This document shows, in pieces, positions 54,338 through 61,738 of a stretch of DNA of 64,000 bases. The translations under genes and the position numbers were made by a program. Position 1 is the first letter of the stretch, and every line of letters begins with the position of its first letter. The notes below the pieces were generated by a model that ran no database searches, had not been told where the DNA came from, and was given only the letters and a program-made list of their open reading frames with translations. The stretch is from Escherichia phage mobillu. Where the stretch lies: sequence record MN850622.1. One strand, written 5' to 3'.

Positions 54338-55015
54338 ATGAGCACTGATGTTATTATAGATTTTGAAACATTCGGCAATACATCAAAAGCGGCTGTTATT
54401 GACCTTGCGGTTATTGCATATAATTCCGACCCTGAAGTTGTTGAATCATTTGAAGAACTTGTTCAACGAGGTAAGCGAATTAAATTTAATTTAGCTTCTC
54501 AGAAAGGGAAGCGAGTTTTCGCTAAATCCACTATGAAATGGTGGAAAGAGCAATCGGCTGAAGCACGTAAAAACTTGGCCCCGTCTGAAGACGATGTCAC
54601 TACGCTTGAAGGCATTAAAATCTTTTTAGATTATTGTCGAGCTAATAAAGTTGACCAATGGAAATCACAGATGTGGTGCCGTGGTATGAGCTTTGACTTC
54701 CCGATCTTGGTCGATTTGATTCGTGACCTCTATCGTGATGAAGGTGTTCTTGAACCAGATATTGATACTGATAAATTAGAACCGGTTAAATTCTGGGCTC
54801 AACGTGATATTCGTACGGCAATCGAAGCTTACTCGTTGACACGAGGATTAAGTATGTGTCCATTACCGATGGGTACGCTAAAAGGATTCGTTGCCCATGA
54901 TAGTATTCATGATTGTGCTAAAGATATTTTGATGTTAAAATATGCTCAGCGTTATGCGCTTGGCCTTGAAGATGTCCCTGAGAATCCTGACCCATTAAGT
55001 GTAAAACAGCGATAA
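54338..55015 (+). CDS. dexA: exonuclease A (DEDD family)
   Basis: 225 aa; N-terminal IIDFETFG (DEDD motif I); synteny downstream of dda. Confidence 0.75.
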   Translation: MSTDVIIDFETFGNTSKAAVIDLAVIAYNSDPEVVESFEELVQRGKRIKFNLASQKGKRVFAKSTMKWWKEQSAEARKNLAPSEDDVTTLEGIKIFLDYCRANKVDQWKSQMWCRGMSFDFPILVDLIRDLYRDEGVLEPDIDTDKLEPVKFWAQRDIRTAIEAYSLTRGLSMCPLPMGTLKGFVAHDSIHDCAKDILMLKYAQRYALGLEDVPENPDPLSVKQR

Positions 55016-55020
55016 AACCG

Positions 55021-55050
55021 GTTTACAACCAAGGATGGTTGGAGTATAAT
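55021..55050 (+). promoter_or_regulatory. early promoter cassette
   Basis: GTTTAC-AACCAAGGATGGTTGGAG-TATAAT, identical to 13157-13186. Confidence 0.55.
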
Positions 55051-55081
55051 CTTTCTATCTTAACCAAACAGGAAAAACATT

Positions 55082-55576
55082 ATGAATATCAATACTACGG
55101 CTACTTACATCCTGAAAGACGAAAAACAAATCAACTGGTACGGTGCTTCAGTGCGAGCTTATGAAAAGTTTTGTGAAATTTTAGGTGCCACTCAAGGTAA
55201 TAGTTTCACTATTGTTAACTTCATCAAACAAGCTGAAGGCCCTTGGTTATTCTTAGAAATTAAAAATTCATACGGTACAATTTCTACTGCCGCCCTTCCA
55301 AGCACCGACTTTGAACTGTTGATTGAAGAAGTAGAACCTGTTAAAGACATCTGTATTGATATGGATATCGCTTGTATGTACGGTACTCTGATTAAGCCTA
55401 TTGAGCCTACTGATTTGTTGTGTAAATATGTTTCAATTCGACGACCGTTCGCTGGTCCAGTAAATGGCTGGGTGTCTGACCAGTGGATTGAAGAAGGTGT
55501 TGAACTTCTGAACGTTGTTCATGCAGGTGATTTTAGTGTAGTTCCACGTAGTGCTGTGGTTAATATCCTTAATTAA
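55082..55576 (+). CDS. hypothetical protein, paralog family member A
   Basis: 164 aa; C-terminal GWVSDQWIEEGVELLNVVHAGDFSVV shared with next two ORFs. Confidence 0.6.
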   Translation: MNINTTATYILKDEKQINWYGASVRAYEKFCEILGATQGNSFTIVNFIKQAEGPWLFLEIKNSYGTISTAALPSTDFELLIEEVEPVKDICIDMDIACMYGTLIKPIEPTDLLCKYVSIRRPFAGPVNGWVSDQWIEEGVELLNVVHAGDFSVVPRSAVVNILN

Positions 55577-55578
55577 TG

Positions 55579-55608
55579 TTGTACATCCAAGGATGGATGG
55601 AGTATAGT
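55579..55608 (+). promoter_or_regulatory. early promoter cassette variant
   Basis: TTGTAC-ATCCAAGGATGGATGGAG-TATAGT. Confidence 0.5.
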
Positions 55609-55638
55609 GAATTCAATTTAAACAAAGAGAGAGAAATT

Positions 55639-56094
55639 ATGATTGCTATTGGTGAAATTAAGCGTGTATCGTCTGCATCTCGTTCTAAAGCTGCAGGTCG
55701 TCTAGTTGAAGTGGTAGGACTTCGTACTAATGGTACTGGTCGTGTTAAAGAAGTTAAAGTTCGAATCATTCCTAGTTCTGGAAAAACTGAAACTCAGTAC
55801 GCTTACGTAAGTCCTAAATTTTTGGAAACTCATGTGAGCGCTCATTTTGCTTCTACTGAACCTAATGCACAGTTCAAATGGGCCCTTTGCAAAGGTGTTG
55901 AATTCCAGACTGATAAAGAATTTGACTTCATCGATGAATATGGTTATCCAAGCAAAACTGATACTATGTGTGGCTTCATTAGTGACCAATGGGTTGAAGA
56001 TGGTGAAAAGTTATACAATATCGTATTCTTAGGTGACTTCCGAGTTGTTAAAGAATCTGAAATCACTCGCTATGTGTCTCCTCGTAAAGCTTAA
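55639..56094 (+). CDS. hypothetical protein, paralog family member B
   Basis: ORF 55576..56094 begins inside the promoter; start placed at ATG 55639 after GAGAGAG; shares N- and C-terminal motifs with 56104 ORF. Confidence 0.6.
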   Translation: MIAIGEIKRVSSASRSKAAGRLVEVVGLRTNGTGRVKEVKVRIIPSSGKTETQYAYVSPKFLETHVSAHFASTEPNAQFKWALCKGVEFQTDKEFDFIDEYGYPSKTDTMCGFISDQWVEDGEKLYNIVFLGDFRVVKESEITRYVSPRKA

Positions 56095-56103
56095 GGAATT
56101 ATT

Positions 56104-56523
56104 ATGAATATTGTAAATCTCTCTACAGGTGATTACGTATATGTATCCGTTGCTTCTCGCTCTAAAGTTGCCGGGAAGTTGGTTGAAGTTCTTTCTGTGA
56201 GTGATCCGGTTTTTGGACGTAACGAAGTTAAAGTTCGTGACGCTGATGGTAACATTGGTTATGTCTCAAGCCAATTCATTGAACCAGAAGAAAAAGCGTT
56301 CAAATGGGGACTATGCAGATCAGTTTCTGTTGAAAAAGACCATGAATTCACTATTGCTGCGGCAACTGATGGAACACCGTGGAAAACTAAGCAAATCGCC
56401 GGATTTATTAGCGACCGTTGGGTAGAAGATGGTGTTAAGCTTTATAACATCGTTTTCGCTGGACAGTTCATGGTAGTTCCTGAATTCCAAATTAAAAAAT
56501 ATAGCCCAGCTGCTTTTGCATAA
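56104..56523 (+). CDS. hypothetical protein, paralog family member C
   Basis: 139 aa; SRSK.AG.LVEV and GFISD.WVEDG..LYNIVF.G.F.VV shared with member B. Confidence 0.6.
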   Translation: MNIVNLSTGDYVYVSVASRSKVAGKLVEVLSVSDPVFGRNEVKVRDADGNIGYVSSQFIEPEEKAFKWGLCRSVSVEKDHEFTIAAATDGTPWKTKQIAGFISDRWVEDGVKLYNIVFAGQFMVVPEFQIKKYSPAAFA

Positions 56524-56527
56524 AGTT

Positions 56528-56576
56528 GTTTACTTCTCCTCTGGTTTTGATATTATAACCATATCAACCAGAGGAG
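56528..56576 (+). promoter_or_regulatory. T4-type early promoter (PeSL-like)
   Basis: GTTTAC 56528-56533; 11-bp inverted repeat CTCCTCTGGTT/AACCAGAGGAG. Confidence 0.55.
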
Positions 56577-56582
56577 AATAAT

Positions 56583-57107
56583 ATGTTAGTTTACCGCGTA
56601 GAACGTAGTTTTTGTACTCAACGTGAATCATTACCAGGAATTGCTATCGAAGACGGTAAAGCCGTCAGAATTTGGGAAACCTCTTGGAATAAAGAACCTC
56701 GCTCGCCGTACGGTTGGTCGGGCACCGACAACTCTGAAGAAACATGGGAGTTCCTTGATAAACACGGAATACTCTCAGGTAACTTCTACCATCACGGCGA
56801 CAACTATAATGTCCCTAATCGTCCTACAGTAAATGAAGACAAACTCCTTGAACAAAATATCTTAAGATACCATAGAATTGAGTACACATTTGAATTGAGT
56901 GAAGATTGGGCTCAAGGGTTCTATTTTGGATTTGAAAGTGTTGACGCGGTTTATGCATGGTTTGATGACCAGGTGGATGTTGAACTCTTGAAAGCTAAAG
57001 GATACTACATCGCGGTCTATGAAGCACCTGATTTCATCCTCGGAAGTTGTCAATTAATGTTCAGACGTTCATTGGCAGAACAAGTTGATTTTATTTTGCT
57101 AAAATGA
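56583..57107 (+). CDS. hypothetical protein
   Basis: ORF 174 aa. Confidence 0.55.
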   Translation: MLVYRVERSFCTQRESLPGIAIEDGKAVRIWETSWNKEPRSPYGWSGTDNSEETWEFLDKHGILSGNFYHHGDNYNVPNRPTVNEDKLLEQNILRYHRIEYTFELSEDWAQGFYFGFESVDAVYAWFDDQVDVELLKAKGYYIAVYEAPDFILGSCQLMFRRSLAEQVDFILLK

Positions 57108-57141
57108 TGTACAACAACTATGGTCTATGATACTATAGACC
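57108..57141 (+). promoter_or_regulatory. candidate early promoter (PeSL-like)
   Basis: TGTACA, TACTATAGACC; inverted repeat GGTCTAT/ATAGACC. Confidence 0.45.
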
Positions 57142-57164
57142 TATCAAAACAAGAGGAGAATATT

Positions 57165-57392
57165 ATGAAACGTCAAATCATTAAAAACGTAACTACTGAT
57201 TCAAACATCGATGAGTTTGAAGATGTTCTGTTTAATCCTGATTTAGTTGTTGTACAGAAAAACTGGACTGAATTTTTATGCTACACTGAAGTGGTTTACG
57301 TTTACGAAAAACTCGGCGATGAAATGCCTATCTATGGTATCTTCCGTGAAATCACTGAAAATGGTACAACTTATTGGAAGGAAACTTACTAA
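57165..57392 (+). CDS. hypothetical protein
   Basis: ORF 57120..57392, start placed at ATG 57165 after GAGGAG. Confidence 0.5.
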   Translation: MKRQIIKNVTTDSNIDEFEDVLFNPDLVVVQKNWTEFLCYTEVVYVYEKLGDEMPIYGIFREITENGTTYWKETY

Positions 57393-57805
57393 TGGCTAAT
57401 AAATTCCGCGTTAACTCATGGTACCAATTTAAAGATAAACGTGCCCAAGAAGAGTTTATTAAAGACCACACTGATAATGGGATTTATGCACGACGTCTTG
57501 GCATGGAACCATTTAAAGTATTAGATGTTGACCATCTTGGTCGTCCTACTAAAATTGTGACATCTACTGGCACGGTTGGATACGCAACAGGCGGTGATAT
57601 CCTTGATGAAAACTTTATCTGGCTCTCCACGAATGAAGCAGAATTCTTTGACGAAGTTGGAAATCCATATCAAGCGTCCGAAGAGCAAGATTCTGGTGAA
57701 CTTGATGAATTGTCTGAATTTCCGGTGATGACGATTACTATCGAAAATAACGACCAGGCATGGTCTTTGTATCAAATGTTGAAAGCTCACTTTAAGGAAC
57801 AATAA
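57392..57805 (+). CDS. hypothetical protein
   Basis: ORF 57374..57805, start at ATG 57392 (TAATG coupling). Confidence 0.5.
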   Translation: MANKFRVNSWYQFKDKRAQEEFIKDHTDNGIYARRLGMEPFKVLDVDHLGRPTKIVTSTGTVGYATGGDILDENFIWLSTNEAEFFDEVGNPYQASEEQDSGELDELSEFPVMTITIENNDQAWSLYQMLKAHFKEQ

Positions 57806-57984
57806 TGCCGTTATACGACTATAAATGTCAATCTGAAGATTGTGGTCATGAATATGAAAAAATTAAAAGAATTTCTGAACGAGAAAACGATGTTTGCCTT
57901 GAATGTCATCGTCTGTCTACTCGTCGGGTTTCTGCTCCTAAACATGTGAACGGTGGTTTTTACGACTTACTTAAGAAGGGTTAA
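57805..57984 (+). CDS. hypothetical zinc-ribbon small protein (59 aa)
   Basis: C-x4-C ... C-x2-H pattern (YKCQSEDCGH...CLECH); TAATG coupling; below ORF-track cutoff. Confidence 0.45.
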   Translation: MPLYDYKCQSEDCGHEYEKIKRISERENDVCLECHRLSTRRVSAPKHVNGGFYDLLKKG

Positions 57985-57986
57985 TT

Positions 57987-58409
57987 ATGGCTTTTAAAGG
58001 TTTTGAAGTTGGTAAGAAATATCGTATTATCAAAGGACAGGAAGATAATTTCTTGAGAATTCTTAATACGACTGGTAAACGTCTTAACACTACTCTGCAT
58101 ACAGTTTTATTATCAAGAGATTTTATTGTAGAAGAGATGATTGGTTATGGTGTTTCAATGATTGCCGCTGAAACCGATGGACCTGGACGTACAATCATTA
58201 GTATGCAAGGTGATATTCTAATTTACGGTGCAGAATTTAAATTCTTTGAAGAAGTTCCTGAATCAGATACAGCCGTAGATTTCAAAAAAGGCTCTATAGA
58301 ATTTGTTGATGGTTCGGTGATCGTATCAGGTGATGTGGTCATTACAGTTAAAAGTGAACAAGGGCGTTTGGCTGCAATTGATGCACTTCAGAAAATTAAA
58401 TTTAAATAA
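57987..58409 (+). CDS. hypothetical protein
   Basis: ORF 140 aa, followed by terminator. Confidence 0.55.
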   Translation: MAFKGFEVGKKYRIIKGQEDNFLRILNTTGKRLNTTLHTVLLSRDFIVEEMIGYGVSMIAAETDGPGRTIISMQGDILIYGAEFKFFEEVPESDTAVDFKKGSIEFVDGSVIVSGDVVITVKSEQGRLAAIDALQKIKFK

Positions 58410-58427
58410 GGGCTTCGGCCCTTTTTG
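58408..58427 (+). terminator. rho-independent terminator
   Basis: AAGGGC-TTCG-GCCCTT followed by TTT. Confidence 0.75.
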
Positions 58428-58472
58428 CTTTAGATTTCGGATGATAGAATACCTTCATAACGAGGAGACAAC

Positions 58473-60290
58473 ATGATTAAAAATGAAATTAAGGTATTGT
58501 CAGATGTAGAACATATTAAGAAACGTAGTGGTATGTATATTGGTTCTTCGGCTAAAGAAGCCCACGAGCGTTTTTTGTTTGGTAAATATCAACAAGTTGA
58601 ATATGTTCCTGGTCTGGTTAAATTAATCGATGAGATTATTGACAACTCGGTTGATGAAGCTATTCGTACATCATTTAAGTTTGCAAATAAAATTGATGTG
58701 CAAATTAAAAATAATCAAGTTTCGGTGGAAGATAACGGACGTGGTATTCCTCAAGGTTTAGTTACCGACCAAACAGGTGAACAAATTCCTGGACCTGTAG
58801 CAGCCTGGACTATTCCAAAGGCCGGTGGTAACTTTGGTGATGACTCTGAACGCAAGACTGGTGGTATGAACGGCGTCGGGAGTAGTTTAACTAATATCTT
58901 CTCTACGTTGTTTACAGGCATCACGTCAGATGGCGAAAACGAAATCACTGTTAACTGTTCAAACGGAATGGAAAACAAATCATGGTCTTCTAAGAAATCT
59001 AAAGGTAAAGGCACTAAAGTAATCTTCACTCCTGATTTCTCTTCATTTGAAGAGCATAATTTATCTCAAATTTATTTAGATATTACTTTAGACCGACTTC
59101 AAACATTGGCAGTCGTTTATCCTGATATCAAGTTCACATTTAATGGTAAAAAGGTTGATGGTAATTTTAAACGATTTGCTAAACAATTTGGCGAAGATAA
59201 CATCATTCAAGAAAATGATAAAGTCTCTATAGCATTCACAACATCACCAGATGGCTTCCGTCATTTAACTTATGTGAATAACATCCATACTAAAAATGGT
59301 GGTCATCATGTTGAATGTGTAATGGATGATATCTGTGAACATCTTTTGCCTGGTATTAAAAAGAAATATAAGGGTATTGAAGTCACTAAAGCTCGTGTTA
59401 AAGAATGTCTCACAATGTTGATGTTTATTAGAGACATGAGCAACATGCGTTTTGATTCTCAGACTAAAGAACGTTTAACGTCAACGTATGGTGATATTCG
59501 TAATCATATCCAATTAGATGCTAAGAAAATTGCTCAGGCACTTCTTAAAAACGAAGCCTTGATTATGCCTATTGTTGAAGCAGCATTAGCTCGTAAATTG
59601 GCAGCAGAAAAGGCTGCAGAAACTAAAGCAGCTAAAAAGGCAACTAAAGCTAAGGTTCATAAGCATATTAAAGCTAACCAATGTGGTAAAGATGCAGATA
59701 CGACATTGTTTTTAACAGAAGGTGATTCGGCAATTGGTTATCTCATTGATGTTCGTGACCGTGAACTACACGGCGGATTCCCATTACGTGGTAAGGTGAT
59801 GAATAGCTGGGGTATGTCATATGCTGATATGATGAAGAACAAAGAGCTCTTTGATATCTGTGCTATCACGGGTCTTATTCTTGGTGAAAAGGCAGAGAAT
59901 ACGAACTATCGTAATATTGCAATTATGACCGATGCCGATCATGACGGTCTTGGAAGTATTTATCCGGCTTTGCTTGCTTTCTTTAGTAATTGGCCTGAAT
60001 TGTTTGAACAAGGACGTATTCGCTTTGTTAAAACGCCTGTAATTATTGCACAAATTGGCAAAACTCAAAAATGGTTTTATACTGTAGCTGAGTATGAAGA
60101 AGTTAAAGATACACTGCCTAAGCATAGTATTAGATACATCAAGGGATTAGGCTCCCTTGAAAAGTCAGAATATCGTGAAATGATTCAGAACCCTGTGTAC
60201 GACGTAGTTAAACTTCCTGAAAATTGGAAAGAACTCTTTGAAATGTTGATGGGTGATGATTCAGAACTTCGTAAAGAATGGATGTCCTAA
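58473..60290 (+). CDS. 39: DNA topoisomerase II large subunit, fused gp39/gp60 form (GyrB-like ATPase + TOPRIM)
   Basis: 605 aa; GHKL ATPase motifs (DNSVDE, DNGRGIP, GGMNGVGSS) plus TOPRIM LFLTEGDSA and DADHDG in one continuous frame. Confidence 0.9.
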   Translation: MIKNEIKVLSDVEHIKKRSGMYIGSSAKEAHERFLFGKYQQVEYVPGLVKLIDEIIDNSVDEAIRTSFKFANKIDVQIKNNQVSVEDNGRGIPQGLVTDQTGEQIPGPVAAWTIPKAGGNFGDDSERKTGGMNGVGSSLTNIFSTLFTGITSDGENEITVNCSNGMENKSWSSKKSKGKGTKVIFTPDFSSFEEHNLSQIYLDITLDRLQTLAVVYPDIKFTFNGKKVDGNFKRFAKQFGEDNIIQENDKVSIAFTTSPDGFRHLTYVNNIHTKNGGHHVECVMDDICEHLLPGIKKKYKGIEVTKARVKECLTMLMFIRDMSNMRFDSQTKERLTSTYGDIRNHIQLDAKKIAQALLKNEALIMPIVEAALARKLAAEKAAETKAAKKATKAKVHKHIKANQCGKDADTTLFLTEGDSAIGYLIDVRDRELHGGFPLRGKVMNSWGMSYADMMKNKELFDICAITGLILGEKAENTNYRNIAIMTDADHDGLGSIYPALLAFFSNWPELFEQGRIRFVKTPVIIAQIGKTQKWFYTVAEYEEVKDTLPKHSIRYIKGLGSLEKSEYREMIQNPVYDVVKLPENWKELFEMLMGDDSELRKEWMS

Positions 60291-60312
60291 GCTCCTTCGG
60301 GAGCTTCATTTT
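60290..60312 (+). terminator. candidate rho-independent terminator
   Basis: AGCTCC-TTCG-GGAGCT followed by TCATTTT. Confidence 0.55.
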
Positions 60313-60332
60313 AATTTTAATAAGGCTTAATT

Positions 60333-61433
60333 ATGAAAGTTATGTTTATCCCATCTCGCGCAGTCCCATTTAACCCAGAACGTGTACAAGGTGGTCTTGA
60401 AGCAGTACATTTAAATGTGTTGAAATATCTTGTGTCCATCGGTGCTGATATTGATTATATCGGCTTTGATAATGACACGTTTGGTGACTGGAAGGTTAAT
60501 CATCATCCTGTTGGTCATCTGACTAAATTCAGTCTAGGTATGAGTTATACTATGGCTCGTAAGATTGTTGAACTAGCCGGCATTAATGAGTACGATTTCG
60601 TTGTTACAATGGAACCGACCAAACTAACCGTTCAGGCAATTAAAGACGCAGGTCTCTCTAAAGTTCATAAGAATTTTATGGCAACACCATTTGAACCAGT
60701 ATCTCGTGGCATTGTTCAAATTTGGGACCAGACTATTCAAATTCATAAGAACGGTGGTAAGAGTTATGCTCCTACTAAAGCCTTCCGTGAATTTGAACGC
60801 AAATATTGTTATATGACTTCAGGTCTGACTGACAAAATTGATTATGATTATTGGCGAGCAAATCCGTTGTTTGAAGCCGAAGATTATCCGGTTATTTGTT
60901 TGAATGATAAACCTGAAGTTCTTCCGGCGACTGATCTGATTATTAGTGCACAACGTTATGACACTAAAATGCGTCGTACTGATGTTGCTCTTGAAGCGAT
61001 TAAAGCACTAGGCGAAAATGGTGCAGGATACTGTCCTAGTAAATGGGCACCACCAGCTAAATATCCTGTTATTATTGATGCTCCACACAGTGAAATCATG
61101 GAACGTCTTAAAATGGCTAAAGCACTTATTAATACGTGTCCTGACACAGGTACGGTAGAGAATAGTTCTATTGAAGCCATCTCTAAAGGTGTCCCTGTAA
61201 TCCAGTTAGTTTTTAAGGATTATCCTCATGCGACATTCGAATACGACCCGGATACTGTGCGTGTAGAAATTGATTCCTCTACTCCTAAGAAAGAAGTAGT
61301 TGCGCTTTACACAAAAGCTGTATTAGAATTCACTGACACATACGAAGCTCGAGTTAAACGTGCTGAAGCAGTATGGAAGAAATATAATCGAGATGCAGTT
61401 GTTGCGATGTGGGATAAAATCTTCACAGCGTAA
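60333..61433 (+). CDS. GT-B fold glycosyltransferase (GT4-like); candidate DNA (hmC) sugar transferase
   Basis: 366 aa; N-terminal MKVMFIPSRA..GGLEAVHLNVLKYL and C-terminal ENSSIEAISKGVPVI resemble GT4 signature regions. Confidence 0.65.
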   Translation: MKVMFIPSRAVPFNPERVQGGLEAVHLNVLKYLVSIGADIDYIGFDNDTFGDWKVNHHPVGHLTKFSLGMSYTMARKIVELAGINEYDFVVTMEPTKLTVQAIKDAGLSKVHKNFMATPFEPVSRGIVQIWDQTIQIHKNGGKSYAPTKAFREFERKYCYMTSGLTDKIDYDYWRANPLFEAEDYPVICLNDKPEVLPATDLIISAQRYDTKMRRTDVALEAIKALGENGAGYCPSKWAPPAKYPVIIDAPHSEIMERLKMAKALINTCPDTGTVENSSIEAISKGVPVIQLVFKDYPHATFEYDPDTVRVEIDSSTPKKEVVALYTKAVLEFTDTYEARVKRAEAVWKKYNRDAVVAMWDKIFTA

Positions 61434-61525
61434 ATCCTGAATAGCCTGAGGCACTATTACACATAAGATGATAGATTATATGGTCTTTAGTAATAGTGCC
61501 CTAGGAATCTACTGAAGAGAATATT

Positions 61526-61726
61526 ATGAGAACATATAACGTGGACTTGGAACTTTTTGATAAAGCAGTGCTCCGGGAATTCCGGCTTATCCAAAGATTT
61601 TTTGATATCGAATCAGCAGAGTCCTTTAAAGAACGCTTTAAAGAAATTCGATATAAAATACAAACCGATACAGCTACTAAAGAAGAACTTCTTGAAGTAG
61701 CAGAAATTTTTAAACGTAACTTGTGA
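61526..61726 (+). CDS. hypothetical protein (rIIA.1 position)
   Basis: ORF 66 aa upstream of rIIA. Confidence 0.5.
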   Translation: MRTYNVDLELFDKAVLREFRLIQRFFDIESAESFKERFKEIRYKIQTDTATKEELLEVAEIFKRNL

Positions 61727-61738
61727 TGAGAGAAAAAT

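Noticed and set aside
55576-55638. ORF-track start at ATG 55576 for paralog B
   Set aside because: These codons coincide with the promoter cassette TTGTACATCCAAGGATGGATGGAGTATAGT; the downstream ATG 55639 has an RBS and aligns with paralog C.
2223-57141. Repeated GTTTAC...TATAGA elements as a possible CRISPR array or tandem repeat
   Set aside because: Copies are separated by hundreds to thousands of bp of coding sequence, not by short uniform spacers; they fit promoter architecture.
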